The notes under the pieces: model-generated
Told to the model about the DNA's origin: nothing
Database searches by the model: none
What the model saw: only the letters and a program-made list of their open reading frames with translations
DNA from: Octopus vulgaris
Taxonomy: Eukaryota
Assembly: GCA_951406725.2 (NCBI GenBank)
Contig: OX597823.1
Span: 81,344,001 to 81,408,000 of the forward strand
DNA: 64,000 bases
Direction: 5' to 3'
Part shown: positions 40,340 through 55,884 of the stretch, one piece after another
Layout: each line of letters begins with the position of its first letter
How positions within the stretch are numbered: position 1 is the stretch's first letter
Made by a program: the position numbers and the translations under genes

Positions 40340-41203
40340 ATACACACACACACATATATTTATATATATATACATATATATGACGGGTTTCTTTCAGTTT
40401 CCATCTACCAAATCCACTCACAAGACTTTGGTTGGCCTGAGGCTATAGTAGAAGACACTAGTCCAAAGTGCCATGCAGTGGGACTGAACCCGGAACCATG
40501 TGGTTGGGAAGCAAGCTTCTAACCACACAGCCACTCCTTTTATCATTTATCTTTTACTTATTTCAGTCATTAGACTGCTGGGGCACTGCCTTGAAGAATT
40601 TTTAGTTGAATGAATCAACCCCAGTGCCTTTTTTTATAGCCTGGTAAATTATTCTATCGGTCTCTTTTGCCAAACTGCTAAGTTACAGGGATATAAACAC
40701 ACCATCATTGGTTGTCAAGTGGTGGTGGGGACAAACACAGACACAAAGACACACACATACACATACACTCACACACACAATGGGCTTCTTTTCAGTTTCC
40801 GTCTACCAAATCCACTCACAAGGCTAAAGCTGTAGCAGAAGATACTTGCCCAAGGTGCCATGCAATTAGACTGAATCCAGAATGATGTGGTTGGGAAGCA
40901 AGCTTTTTAACATACAGCCACACCAACACCTATATATATATATATAAAGAAGCCCGTCGTATATATGTATATAGATGTATGTGTGTGTGTGTTTGTGTGT
41001 CTGCGTTTGTCCCCCCAACATCGCTTGACAACCGATGCTGGTGTGTTTGCATTCTTGTAACCTAGCAGTTCGGCAAAAGAGACCGATAGAATAAGTACTA
41101 GGCTCACAAAGATTAAGTCCTGGGGTCAATTTGCTCGACTAAAGGCAGTGCTCCAGCATGGCCACAGTCAAATGACTGAGACAAGTAAATAGAGTAAAGA
41201 GTA
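40340..41203. mobile_element. Cluster of three S1 SINE copies (-, -, +)
   Basis: 40340-40540 (-), 40550-40930 (-), 40948-41203 (+). Confidence 0.8.
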
Positions 41204-41234
41204 TATATATATATATATTTTATTTTATAGAAGG

Positions 41235-41285
41235 AGCTTGTACAGGACTAGAACTGTTTCATTCAGATGAAATCTTCAGGAAGCT
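41235..41285 (-). ncRNA. Second family-A hammerhead, head-to-head with the + strand copy
   Basis: Reverse complement agcttc-ctgaaga-tttcatctgaat-gaaa-cagttctagtcctg-ta-caagct (one stem I mismatch). Confidence 0.7.
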
Positions 41286-41332
41286 TCCTGAAGATTTCGT
41301 CTGAATGAAACAGTTCTAGTCCTGTAGAAGCT
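41282..41332 (+). ncRNA. Type I hammerhead ribozyme fold (family A)
   Basis: AGCTTC-CTGAAGA-tTTCgtctGAAt-GAAA-CAGttctagtcCTG-TA-GAAGCT; differs from the 30719 copy only in the loops. Confidence 0.8.
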
Positions 41333-41414
41333 CCTTCTATAAAATAAATTACTTTACTCTGCTATGTATTGAGTATCTTATTTACTGTGGTTAACCCTGA
41401 CTCAACCCGGGACC

Positions 41415-42657
<1,243 letters not shown>

Positions 42658-42999
42658 CGCACACACACACATGTATGTATGTATGTTTGTGTCTCCTTGT
42701 CTTGACTTCACACAACAGTAGTAAATAAGCATTACCTTCTTATAAATGGTATAATTTGTTTCTAATCTTCTGTGATGATGATGACTATGATGATGGTGAA
42801 ATTTATATAATGTTAAATAATAATTATATTTATATGGAGCCAGACATGGAGATGGGAATGGAATGAATAACCTTCCTTGATTGATATGTATATGTATATA
42901 TCAGCTCCTGAAAGCTGTTTCCAGTGGCACTTGAATTAAAAATTCAACTAAATATTGACCAGCGTCCGCTACTATCCTATTTCTACCATTCCATCACCC

Positions 43000-45553
43000 T
43001 GAGGATGATAATGAAATATCAATTGTTCTTCAGTAAAAGCAAAAAAAAAAAAAAATTAGTATTTGGAGGAAGAAATTTTTGTCAGAAATGGACATTCATT
43101 GATTGGTATTATAAAACTGTGACATCAATGTACAAGAGGAACTGTTTGAGGGAAAGAAAAGAGAAAAAAGTTGGGGTTGGTTTCTAAAAAAATTTCTTTT
43201 TCTGGAACCAGTGATGGAAAACGCTGAGCAAGAATGCACAGGGGAACAGCGTTCATCTGCTTTTCATCTCACAGGGAGGGAATTTATAGCATCTAACCCC
43301 GTCCCCAACTTCTTCCCACTCTCAGACACCCAAGCAGGCGTCTGCCCCCCTAGTTCCCCAAAACGTATCCCTACCAAAGTCTGGAACCCTTCTGCGACTC
43401 TATCATAATAGGTGGGCTCCGCCAGGAGCTAATCATTAGGTGTATTTACTCCTGGAATGTCAGAGACACCCAACTTTCTCTGCACAATAGCAACGAAAAC
43501 ACAAGATTTTTAGTGGGAGCGAAAGCAGAAAGATGTGACATTTACGTCTTCTCCCGCTGGACAATAGTGATGTAAATAATCTCAGTTATATATTATTGAT
43601 ACTCATTTTATTGATCCTTTCTTGAGAGATAGGCATTTGACATGACATTGAACTCAGAACAGCGATGCACTGAACTTTGAATAGTAGATATAAAAATATT
43701 TGCTCTAACCCTCTGGTAACTCTACTATATTAAAACCAACAAAAACAAATAAGTTTATCTTATCATTCTTATTCATTTTATTTTTGTGTTGCTTTTACTG
43801 GTCGCCGTTCAAATAAATAATTTAACATAGACTGGTAAGAGATAATTTCCTGTCAGCACTGAATATAGATATCATATTTTGGGATCAAACATGCCAACAT
43901 CTCATTAAAATTATATAGATAAATAGATAGGTATCAAAACTGCTTTTTCTCCTTTCGTCTATGGAATTAATATTTTCTGATATCTCACAGATCACATACA
44001 CTTCTCTCTTCTGCTTTTTTTTTTGTAGCCTACATGAAAACGACTATCTTTAGGAAATTCTACCGCTGTATATATTCTATTCCTCAGTTACCAATAAGCT
44101 CTGGCTATAATGACCGACTGCAGAAAAGGGAGTTGCGAAGAGTCGGGTAGCTTAGCTATGTCCCCCCACGCACTCACCAAAATAATGGGCAAAAATGAGG
44201 AGTCGTAGCGGGAAGCCAGGAATCGAATGGGTATAGATAGCGGGTGGGGGTTTATTAAGCAGGAACCGGAGAAGCAGGGTAGAGAGAGACCCTTATGTTA
44301 ATAGTAGTTTTCGAAGAATACGGCAGCAAAATCGAGTGCATTGAATGATGGTGGTAGCGGAATATAACAATCTCTGCTACATCCCACCGACCATCTATAT
44401 ATTACTCAGCGACACCAACATCCCCTTTACTCTCTCCCCTCATATTTACCACTCCCTTACTCGTTCTCTTCTGCTCATGAAACTAGTACAGACCAGGACG
44501 ACGCACTGCTAGTAAGCCTTTAGCGACAGCAGAACAGTGCTACCGGCACCGAATCTAGGTGTATTATAATTCTCAGCAGTAAAAGCTTGCCGTCGAAGAA
44601 AGAAAGAACGAACGATTTTGATAGAAAAAAGAAAGATAGGAAGAAAAGAGAACGAAAAGAATATAATTGAAAAAAAAAAAGAAAAAGAAAAAAATTCATT
44701 TATATGCAAATCGAAGAAAAAAGAAAGGGAGCAAAAAGATAATCAAAAATATTTCATGGAAGAACAATTTTCATTTATTTATTTTTAATTTCAATGTAAA
44801 AAAATAACATAAACAAAGGCAGAGGAAGAAATATATATAATATCTGGCATTGTTAAATTGTTTATTATTTTTGTTAGGTTTTATTAAATTTCTCTGGTGA
44901 TGATGATGAGGTATTTCAGATGAAAATTAAGCATTGTTTGTTGGAGTAACAACTCCCGGCGGGCTGATGAATTAAAAAACTGGTTGCTGAGGCCAGCAGA
45001 CGCCAACATCATCAACTGCACCACCATCATCATCATTATTATTATACTACAAGAATCTCTCTCAGTCTAGCAACAGTTGTTGTGTGTATCAACGACATAT
45101 TATAACATAATATAATATAACATAACAACAACACTTACCAACGAAAAATCTCACGTTCGCTCGGTGTTCGGAGCAGATGAAAAGAAACTCTGCGGTCTTT
45201 ACTCACTAAATTTCAATTTATCGGAGGATAACTTACAATACGGTTTCCCCCACAACCGATTCTTATCGCTTCTTTTACTTCCCGGACTTATTTCTGTAAA
45301 AAAAAGGAAAACAAAATATCATGTGCGCGAATTTTGGTTTATACTGCGCTCTAATTCGACTGGGCCTCTACTCCGTAAGTCCAATTAATTTATTCATTAT
45401 TGTTATTATTATTTATTTATTACTTAACTGTTGTAATTACTATGCTTGCTGTTGTTTTTATTTCTTCCGTCTTCTTTCATTCATTTGTAATATCTGAACA
45501 ATTTGAACAACGTACAAACTATAATAATTATCCCACGCCGAACACAGCCTTGC

Positions 45554-45601
<48 letters not shown>

Positions 45602-45900
45602 GTGTATATATGTATATCACAATCACAGTTATCAGCAACACCCTGACCGATTATTGCTTTTGTTTATTAAAACTAAAAGAAAAGAAAAAAAATGTTGACC
45701 TGTTTTTATTGCAGAATAAGCTTTTACTTATCGGTAGACCACCCTCAGTTTCTCTTGTTCTGTTGTTCTCTTCTTGTGTGAAAACTTTTCGTTTGTATTT
45801 ATTAGTAACGAAAGTAATGCAGGTTGTATAATGTTGGTGCGCGATGGACCCCCGACTCTCCCCACCCCCGCTTATCAACTGAATAATCGAATCCGGAATT
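43000..45900 (+). promoter_or_regulatory. Candidate host promoter, 5' UTR and first-intron start
   Basis: ~3.4 kb free of the SINEs that fill the rest of the window; CpGs retained; purine-rich UTR-like stretch ending at a GTAAGT donor; nearby SINEs also keep CpGs. Confidence 0.4.
45321..45374 (+). CDS. Candidate first coding exon (MCANFGLYCALIRLGLYS), product unknown
   Basis: aaatatcATG context, 18 open codons, phase-0 donor C|GTAAGT; no homology recognised. Confidence 0.3.
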
Positions 45901-45939
45901 ACCTATCACTATATAGTTTGTGTACACACACACACGCGC

Positions 45940-46690
45940 GTGTTTATATATGATGTATGTATGAGTGTGTTTATGCATAATGTATATGTGTTTAAATATA
46001 TATGATGGATGTATGAGTGTGTATATGCATAATGTATGTGTTTATATATGATGTATGTATGTTTTTGTGTGTATTGTATGCGCGTGTGTGGTTATATATG
46101 ACTATGTATGTGTTTATATATGATGTGTGTGTTTATATATGATGTGTGTGTTTATATACAATGTGTGTGTTTATATACGATACTCTTTTACTCTTTCACT
46201 TGTTTCAGTCATTTGACTGCGGCCATGCTGGAGCACCGCCTTTAGTCGAGCAACTCGACCCCGGGACTTATTCTTTTTGTAAGCCCAGTACTTATTCTAT
46301 CGGTCTCTTTTTGCCGAACCTCTAAGTGACGGGGACGTAAACACACCAGCATCGGTTGTCAAGCAATGACGATGTGTGTGTTTGTATACGATGTGTGTGT
46401 TTATTATACGATGTGTGTGTGTTTATATACGATGTGTGTGTGTTTATATATGATGTGTGTTTATATATGATGTATGTGTGTTTACATATATGATATATGT
46501 ATGTGTTTATATACGATGTATGTATGTGTGTTTACATATATATGATGTATGTATTTGTGTTTTCATATATGTGTGTTTATATATGATATATGTATGTGTT
46601 ATATACGATGTATGTGTTTCTATATGATGTATATGTCTTTATATATTACATACGATTGTGTTTATATATGATGTATGTATGTGTGTGTGT
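45940..46690. repeat. ~20-bp minisatellite (tttatatatgatgtatgtgtg) interrupted by an S1 SINE tail (46182-46367)
   Basis: Direct reading. Confidence 0.8.
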
Positions 46691-46989
46691 TTCTCTATGC
46701 TTTAGATTAGATAAGTTGTTAAATAATATTTGATAATTGATATATCAAAGTACTACACCGATGAAACGGAATTGAAAGTAAAGCAAAAAAAAGAAAAAAG
46801 AAAAAGAAACCGATAAAAAAGAAAGACAAAACAACAAACAACGACATCGTCTACGGGAAGCACTCCTTGATCTACTGGATATTCCTGTTGGAAAGTGTTG
46901 GGAAAATAATCATTGATTTGTTTGCTGTATACTTCGTGTGTTTTCTTCTAGTTAAACTTTCACCTCCGTGTATTTTTGTTTATTTCTCT

Positions 46990-47399
46990 ACTCTTTTACT
47001 CTTTTACTTGTTTCAGTCATTTGACTGCGGCCCTGCTGGAGCACCGCTTTTAGTCGAGCAAATCGACCCCAGGACTTATTCTTTTTGTAAGCCTAGTACT
47101 TATTCTATCGGTTCTCTTATGCCGAACCGCTAAGTTACGGGGACGTAAACACACCAGCATCGGTTGTCAAGCGATGTTGGGGGGGCAAACACAGACACAC
47201 AAACATATACACATACATAAATATATATATATACATATATACGATGGGCTTCTTTCAGTTTCCGTCTACCAAATCCACTCACAAGGCTTTGGTCGGCTCG
47301 AGGCTATAGTAAATGACACTTGCCCAAGGTGCGACGCAGTGGGACTGAACCCGGAACCATGTAGTTCGTAAGCAAGCTACTTACCACACAGCCACTCCT
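46990..47399 (-). mobile_element. SINE family S1, young full-length copy
   Basis: CpGs retained; A-box tggctgtgtgg and B-box ggttcagtcc on the minus strand. Confidence 0.9.
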
Positions 47400-48069
47400 C
47401 TATTATTTCAGGACTTCAATTTTGTATGATAATACTTTATATAATAACCTCATCTAAATAATAATTTCTCCAACACGATACATGTTTTCCATTTACAAAT
47501 AATAGCAACTTCTCATTCAAACAGTTGTCTTTTTTCTCTCTTTCTTTTTTTCTTTTGATTGGACACAAAGTAATTTTTCCCTCTTGAGTAAGAGGAATAA
47601 ATTAATTGAAAAGATCCCAGTCATCTCCGACACGTTTTAAATTCTTTCTTTGTATCCAGTTTGGGAGAACAAAAACGAAGTTTACTTCTGCATGATTTAA
47701 AATCAAAATCTGTGAGGTATTGAATTTTTCTATATTGTTAGCAATCACTAACCAACTCTTATAATTAAAAGCGACAAGGCAGACGCAAAGTCCTATCCTT
47801 TTTTTTCTCTTATTGTTATTATGATATAATCGATCGATCGGGTTTTCCAGTATTTTATCGTTTAACTTTATTGATCCCTGCAGGGTTTTATTTCAGAACA
47901 AAGAAAAGCGAGTTTTAGGTACTCGATGCATCGTGTTTGGGTCATCCATGGCTTTGAATGAAAATAACTTGGATGCGTTGTTGTAAAACAATGCAGCACC
48001 CCTCCTAAAACAGGAATGCTTATACTCTTAGAGCAGCTTTAAACGAGGTCGATTCGTGATATCACGCTC

Positions 48070-48484
48070 TCTCTTTTACTTGTTTCAGTCATTTGACTGC
48101 GGCCATGCTGGAGCACCGCCTTTTAGTCGAGCAAACCGACCCCGGGACTTATTCTTTGTAAGCCTAGTACTTATTCTATCGGTCTCTTTTGCCGAACCGC
48201 TAAGTTACGGGGACGTAAACACACCAGCATCGGTTGTCAAGCGATGTTGGAGGGAACAAACACAGACACACAAACATATACACACACGTACACACACACA
48301 CATATATATACATATATATACGACGGGCTTCTTTTAGTTTCCGTCTACCAAATCCACTCACGAAGCTTTGGTCGGCCCGAGGCTATAGTAGAAGACACTT
48401 GCCCAAAGTGCCACGCAGTGGGACTGAACCCGGAACCATGTGGTTGGTAAGCAAGCTACTTACCACACAGCCACTCCTGCGCCT
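48070..48484 (-). mobile_element. SINE family S1, young full-length copy
   Basis: As above; begins ggcgcaggagtggctgtgtgg. Confidence 0.9.
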
Positions 48485-50246
48485 AAATATTATTTTATAC
48501 TTGTTATTTTAGGGGACACTAGTTTCTCTTTCTACGTATTACTATGCAGTTTTCAGAGCTCTTTGAACTAACTTAGAAACAAGAGTTGTTGTTGTTAAGT
48601 GATTGTTTTTCTTTCTTTTTGTTTTGTTTTAATTAGTTATTTACTCTTTTCACTCACTTGAACTCTGTTGATTCATGGGATTAGATTTATCATTGCTGGG
48701 GGTGGTAGAGGATAGAATATCAGAATAGATGCTAACTTCATTCAGTGTTGAATAAAACCTGAGTCATTGACTCAGTTCATTTATGTAATTAATTTACGAC
48801 GGGTGGTGGGGCAACTGTAAAGGTGGCGGTGGTGGAAGCGGAGGGTATCGAACAATTAGTCAAAGCACTGTAAAAACACTCGAAAAAAGATCTATTCGTT
48901 TGAAGAATCCAAAGGGGGGCATTGATTTAATTAGTAAATGTTATATATTGGTAGTAGGGTAGTCAGGTATCTGAGTGTTCCATCATTCCCCATCTGGCGC
49001 CGCCTCAAGCCGGATGCTGACTTACCTTCGTTTTTGATGTTGGAAACTGGAATAAGTACACTTAAGATAATTAGTTGGTATTTAATGGTGTAATAACCAT
49101 TAAAAGCCATTGATTGCGAAGATGTCTGATCTAGTTGTACCTAAACCTTGATTTATCTGACCAGAATAATATTGTTCTGATGATAGCAACATCATTTCAT
49201 TAGATGATCTATTTTTTTTTTGTCTTATAACAATTAATGAAAAATTACTTGACATGAAAAGAAATAAAATAACACTAATCAATAATTTGAGCTGCTGAAG
49301 TTCATATCCTGCCTTGGCATTGCCCTGTGTCTATGACCAGGACACTTTTAACATGCAATTAGCCCAGTCCACCTGGCTGTAAATAAGCTAGGAAGAATTC
49401 ATTGCTCTAAGCAGTATAGCCATAACAACTGGTTCTTTAACTGTTCGTCATTCAGACTACTCTTAACAAATATAAAGCTTATTTATTCACATTGTTTTGA
49501 ATTGATCATGTATTATTTCATAGCTTTGAAATTTCAATGATGTAATGGTTTATTCCTAGAATGGCATTGTAGGGTAAGTGTGACAGGTTAGATCGGGGAA
49601 ATGCGTAGCTGTATTTCGTCTGCCGCTACGGTCTGAGTTCAAATTCCGCCGAGGTCGACTTTGCCTTTCATCCTTTCGGGGTCGATTAAATAAGTACCAG
49701 TTATGCACTGGGGTCGATATAATCGACTTAATCCGTTTGTCTATCCTTATTTGTCCCCTCTGTGGGTAGTAAAAAAAATAGGTTAGATCTGGCTGGTTTG
49801 AACATAAAATAAGTAAAGTATTTCAGCTGGATATGACCAGTTTAAATGCTAAAGGGTTAATTTGCAGTGTTAAGTTTAACTCCTCCTGTGGGCCAGAAGA
49901 AAGTAATAGGAAGTTAATCCAGTCTAATCTGTAGAATTATCTTATAAGGTATCAGTTCTCCAATAGTGCCCAATCACCAACAGAGTTGTAAGACTCTCTA
50001 ATGATGATGATAAATCCATAGAAATCCAAGCTTAGCTGGATCTACTTTTAATTAAAGTTAAGGTCCTTTTTTATTTTCTCATTTACACACCTCATACAGT
50101 CTGGTTAGCAATGATTCATTAACATTTTATCATTACTTTATCTCAGATATTGAAACAAGTCTGGGTAAGGGGGAGGACTCCACCTCAAAAAGAAGAAAAG
50201 TCAAGTTCATTTCTCACTTTTTCATTCTTACAAAACAATATATTAT

Positions 50247-50615
50247 GTGGCTGTGTGGTAAGAAGCTTGCTTCCCAACCACATGGTTCCAGGTTCAGTCT
50301 CACTGTGTGGCACTGTAAGTTACTATAGCCTCAGGCCGACCAAAGCCCTGTCTGTAGATTTGGTAGGCTGAAACTGAAAGAAGCTTGTTGTATATATATA
50401 TACATGTGTGTGTGTGTATGTGTATCCGTGTTCTACTACTGCTTGACAACTGGTGTTGGTGTGTTTGTCTCTGTAACTTAGCGGTTTGGTAAAAGAGACT
50501 GACAGAATAAGTACCAGGTTTAAAAAAAGAAACAATTCATTTGACTAAAATTCTTCAAGGTGTTGCCCCAGCATGGCCACAGTCCAATGACTGAAACAAG
50601 TTAAAAAAAAAAAAA
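50247..50615 (+). mobile_element. SINE family S1
   Basis: Head, body and tail match. Confidence 0.8.
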
Positions 50616-51430
50616 ACGTTGAAATTCTAGTCATACAGTCGTGCGTGTCATGTAGTACAAACAAAAACTGAAATAAAAAAAAAAGAGACACATGCTTTTG
50701 ACACACAAACATTAGCTGCTGAAATTTGAGCGTATGTTACCAAGACTTCTATAATTTGAATATATATTAACAGGATTAATGTACATCCATATAACTACTT
50801 ACAGAAAGCTGCCAATGGCTTAATCGATAGCATACTTGACAAATTAGGAGAAAGACTGGTGTTTGCTATTCTATAGACAGCATCGTGCTGGGTCAATGAT
50901 CAAATCATTTAGCAGCCCTCAACAGTTCAGCTTCACTTAGCTGGAAGTAAGTATGACAGCATGGTTGTAGTTCAGTGCTGTAAGAAGCAGTAATAGCATT
51001 ACAGAACTAACAAATGTTTTATTGGCTGGCAATAGGGAGTTCAAAATCTCAGTGAATGTGGCCTGAAGAGGTGTTGGATTGTAATTGTCTTACCTTAATA
51101 TCTAATGTTATGGGCACAAGCATGGCTGTGTAGTTAAGAAGCATGCTTTGTAACCTTGTGGTTTAGGGTTCAATCCCACTGTATGGTACTTTAGGCAAAT
51201 GTTTTCTGTTATAACCTCAGGGCAATGAAAGCCTTTTGAATGGATTCAGTTGGTTGGGAAGAAAGCTACTTACCACACAGCCACTCCTGTGCCTATATGT
51301 ACATATTAATTTAAATAAATCGAAAAACAGCTTTTCTGATAAGTTTTCCACTTTAATCATTAGATGTTTCTAAGTTTACAAAAGGTGACTCTATTAGGAG
51401 TTTATGTATGTGTGTATATATATAAACACA

Positions 51431-51462
<32 letters not shown>

Positions 51463-51589
51463 TATCTATGAATATATATATATATATATATATAGTATGA
51501 GTGTGTGTATGCATATATGGATATTTACTTATTCATTCTTATGCTTCTTTTCTCATACTGCCATGAGTCAAATGAATATATTATATATC

Positions 51590-52017
51590 TCTTTTACTCT
51601 TTTACTTGTTTTAGTCATTTGATTGTGGCCATGCTTGAGCACTGCCTTTAGTCGAACACATCAACCCAAGGACTTATTCTTTGTAAGCCCAGTACTTATT
51701 TTATCGGTCTCTTTTGCCGAACTGCTAAGTTATGGGGACGTAAATACACCAACATTGGTTGTCAAGCAATGTTGGGGGGACAAAAACACACACACAAACA
51801 CAGACACACAAACACACACACACACACACACACATACACACATACATATATACGACAGGCTTCTTTCAGTTTCCTTCTACCAAATCCACCTTCAAGGGTT
51901 TGGTCGGCCCGGGGCTATAGTAGAAGACACTTGCCCAAGTTGCTACACAATGGGACTGAACCCAGAAGCATGTAGTTCGTAAGCAAGCTACTTACCACAC
52001 AGCCACTCCTACGCCTA
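51590..52017 (-). mobile_element. SINE family S1
   Basis: Full-length match. Confidence 0.85.
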
Positions 52018-52618
52018 TATATATTATTGAAGCATTGAGTGTCATTGCCCTTTCCTATTTGACACTTCTTTTAGATACACAGACACCCACACCCACGCGT
52101 GCACATACACACACACACACACACTCACAAGACAATGATAAAAAGGAAATCCAGACAATTTTTTGAAAAGTGACATTTTGCTCCCCCCCTCCCTTGGGGT
52201 AACCAGCTGCGTTTGTCATTTCTAAAAGCCAAGAATCATTTACTATTGAAAGACTGACCAGCTGCAAAGATATCAACAAATTGTTTTCTTTTTCTTCTTT
52301 CTCTCCTTCTTCTTCCTTTCCTTCTCTTTTTCTTTAACACTTCCTTCAGATACAAACAGACACACACACACACATGCGTATGCTCTCTCTTACCTTCTCC
52401 CCATTCCCCACCCTCTTGTACTATCTTACATCTCTCCCCACCCCTACACACTCAATAATACTATAAAAAGAGTCAAAATTCCTGCAAAAGTTCAATTTGA
52501 CAACTCCACTACAGTGGATGAAAGCTCTAATATATGATATATGATTTATAATAACATGTAACATACTAATAAATATCTGTAAATATAAAACCATCCAGAT
52601 ATCTGAGTACCTCATTTC

Positions 52619-52662
<44 letters not shown>

Positions 52663-53107
52663 TACACACACATATATATATTTTGTTTCCTTGAGGCCTA
52701 GAATTCATACGGCTGGTCACTTGGTTTCCATGGTGTATAAGTGCCTGAGATCATAACACTTCCCCTAAATGGGACACTGGTCTGTTATAGGGTCCAAGGT
52801 CAGCAATTCTGGTGAGAGGGGATAAGTTGATACTGTCGACCCCAGTACTTGACTGGGACTTAATTTAAATCGATCATGAAGGAATGAAAGGCAATGCTGG
52901 GATTTGAACTCAGAATGTAAAGACCTGGAGGAAATGCTGCTAAGCATTTTGTCTGACATGCTAATGATTCTGCCAGATCACTTTTATATATACATCTATA
53001 TCATTATATATCTATATGTATGTATGTATGTATTTGTCTGTCTGTCTATCTGTGTATCTATCTATCTGTCTGTCTGTCTGTCTGCCTGTCTGTCTGTCTA
53101 TGTCTGA

Positions 53108-53184
<77 letters not shown>

Positions 53185-53704
53185 ATCTTTCTACGTACGT
53201 ATCTAATAGCTGATATAAATGTTTGTTGGCTGGTTAGTTGGTAGGTTCTTTCTCCAATCAAGCTTTACATCGTATAGAGAGAGGGGAGAGAGAGAGAGAG
53301 GGAGAGAGAAAGAGTTGCAGGAGGAGTGTCTCATAACTTTCTGAAAATACACATATTTTTATAAAATTTATCAGTGATGGGTTTTCAGTGGAGTAGATTG
53401 TGATGATATTAATAAAATTTAGAAAAACAACGACATATTTTCATTGCAAATATACAAATGAGAATTTTGTTTTGTTTAATCTTATTTTAAGATAATAAAT
53501 ATTTTTGTTCTCAGAATTAGTGTTCTTTTCATCATTTTGTATAAACACCAAGGAATATGATAAAAGTTAAATTCTAATTATTGCAAAAATATACTTCCTA
53601 AGTTACCTGTTACTCAATGGATAACACAAATGTGTTTATGTATGTATATGTGTGTGTGTATTTATATATATGTACACACACACACACATGTGTATACATA
53701 TATG

Positions 53705-53764
<60 letters not shown>

Positions 53765-53772
53765 GTGGCTAT

Positions 53773-54079
53773 AGGCGCAGGTGTGGCTGTGTGGTAAGAA
53801 GCTTGCTTCCCTATCACATGGATCCAGGTGGGTTCAGTCCCACTGCATGGCACCTTGGGCAAGTGTCTTCTATTATAGCCCTGAGCTGACCAAAGCCTTG
53901 TGAGTGGATTTGGTAGACAGAAGCTGAAAGAAGCCTGTCATATATATATATATATATATGTATGTATTTGTGTGTCTGTGTTTGTTCCTCCACCATCACT
54001 TGACAACTGATGCTGGTGTGTTTACGTCTCTGTAACAATGCTTTAGCAAAAGAGACTGATAGAATAAGTACTAGGCTTC
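53773..54079 (+). mobile_element. SINE family S1, 3'-truncated
   Basis: Head and body match. Confidence 0.8.
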
Positions 54080-54210
54080 AGCCCTTGTGTTTCATCTTCC
54101 AAAGACAGGAACATGCATATATATGACACAGGAACATATTTATATATGTGCATACTTTCATACATAGATATACATATCATCATAATTCATAATGGTGATG
54201 CTTGTGTGCA

Positions 54211-54242
<32 letters not shown>

Positions 54243-54374
54243 AATACAGATATGCATACATACGCATACAAACACACTCACACACTTACACATACACTCA
54301 CATACACACATCTGTGTGTGTATATATATACATACACACACACATATATACATACACACACACATGCACATATA

Positions 54375-55265
54375 TGTATTCCCAGGTCATGCACTGATTT
54401 AGGTTCTGGGATTGTAACCCCCACTCTCCTCCAGCCAGTGTATCCTGTAAGTTTTCGCTCAGTTTTGGGTGGTGGTAGCACAGGGATTGGAATTACCCAA
54501 CATTAAACTGCATATTATTGTCCTTAGCCTATCTGTAATTTGTGTCCAAGTCCTGCTGCAGGTTTGCAATATCACTAGGGTTTAGTATTTTCTGTGAGAC
54601 TGTTGTATTTTCTGTGAGACCTTGCATAGCTAGCAAGGGTGGCTATCTAGTCATCTAAGGGCATTTCTGAGAGGCCCACTATGAAAAGCAGTGGTCCCAA
54701 GACAGTGCCCTGTGGAATGCCATTCACTATTTGTGTTTCCTTTGAGGTGGCTCCATTGGCCACTACTGCATGACTTCTGTCTTTCAGAAAGTCATGTAAC
54801 CACTCTCCAAGTTTTCCAGTTTTATCAAAATCGTGCAGTTTGTGGCATATCATACCATGATCACCTTTATCAAAAGCTTTTGTAAAGTCAAGGTATATGT
54901 CGTCCACATTTGAGTTTTCGAGTAACTGCTTCAACATCCAGTCATAGTGCTGTAGGAGCTGTGTCAGGCAGCTCCTACCTGGTTGAAAACCATGCTTTAT
55001 ATCAATCATCAAGTCATTTTCATTAAGGAATTTGATTAGTTTCCGTCTGACTATTCGTTCCATGACTTTGCTGATGTGTGAAGTCAGAGAGGTAAGCCTA
55101 TAATTTTTGGCATCTGTTCTGCTTCCTCCTTTATGGATTGGGCATATTATTCCCTCCTTCAGTTTGCTTGGCAGCTTGCCATTTGTAAGAAAACTCTGGA
55201 AGAGAATCTGTAGTGGTTTCACCAGGGTATGTTTGCACAATTAGAGGAGGGTTGCTGGGAAACCA
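54375..55265 (-). mobile_element. Decayed internal RT fragment of the same CR1/L2-group LINE family
   Basis: 197-aa ORF highly similar to the ORF2 above ([51 protein letters not shown]); YADD region disrupted. Confidence 0.9.
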
Positions 55266-55342
55266 AATCAAAAATAAAGAACCTGCCTAAGGGACATAAT
55301 TTTTATACGATTATTATATTTCTTCATTGTATTTCAAAATAT

Positions 55343-55881
55343 GTTGGAGCACTCTTTTATAGGTATGCCATATGTGTAATATAACAACACAGATAATAAC
55401 GTGTGTGTGGGGAAGGTGTATAACTGTAATATGTTCCATTATTTCGTATTGCAAAAAGTATTACTTAATAAGTATTATTTTACATTCATTCTATATTTAT
55501 ATCGGTAGAAGATCAGTTTTCTTTTTTCATTGCCTACCTTCACAATAGAAACCATAGATCACTTTTATTTTACTCCCTGCATACCTTCAGAATAGAAACC
55601 GTAACTTAGATTTCACTCCAGTATTTTTCCTTTGTATATTTTTCATATGCCACATCAGAATTTATGAGGTCAGCTATCATTTTCCTATTTCACTTCAGTA
55701 TGTTTGTACAACTTTTCATTTGAAAATACCCATTTTCTCTAAACATAGGAAGAAACAAATTTGGTTGGGCACTCTTCTGTAGGCATGCCATATGTTTAAT
55801 ATAACGACAGATGCATAATAACGTGTGTGTGTGTGTGTGTGTGTGTATATAACTGTAATAACCTCTATTACTTTATATTGC
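55343..55881 (+). repeat. ~110-bp direct repeat pair upstream of the Helitron fragment
   Basis: gcactctt..taggYatgccatatgt.taatataac..ataataacgtgtgtgtg..tataactgtaata..tattgc at ~55345 and ~55766. Confidence 0.65.
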
Positions 55882-55884
55882 TAT

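Noticed and set aside
48400-48484. tRNA genes suggested by A/B boxes
   Set aside because: These are SINE heads running into SINE bodies; no complete cloverleaf
50877-50946. Exon-like segment with a strong GTAAGT donor
   Set aside because: Stops in all three frames; cannot be supported as coding
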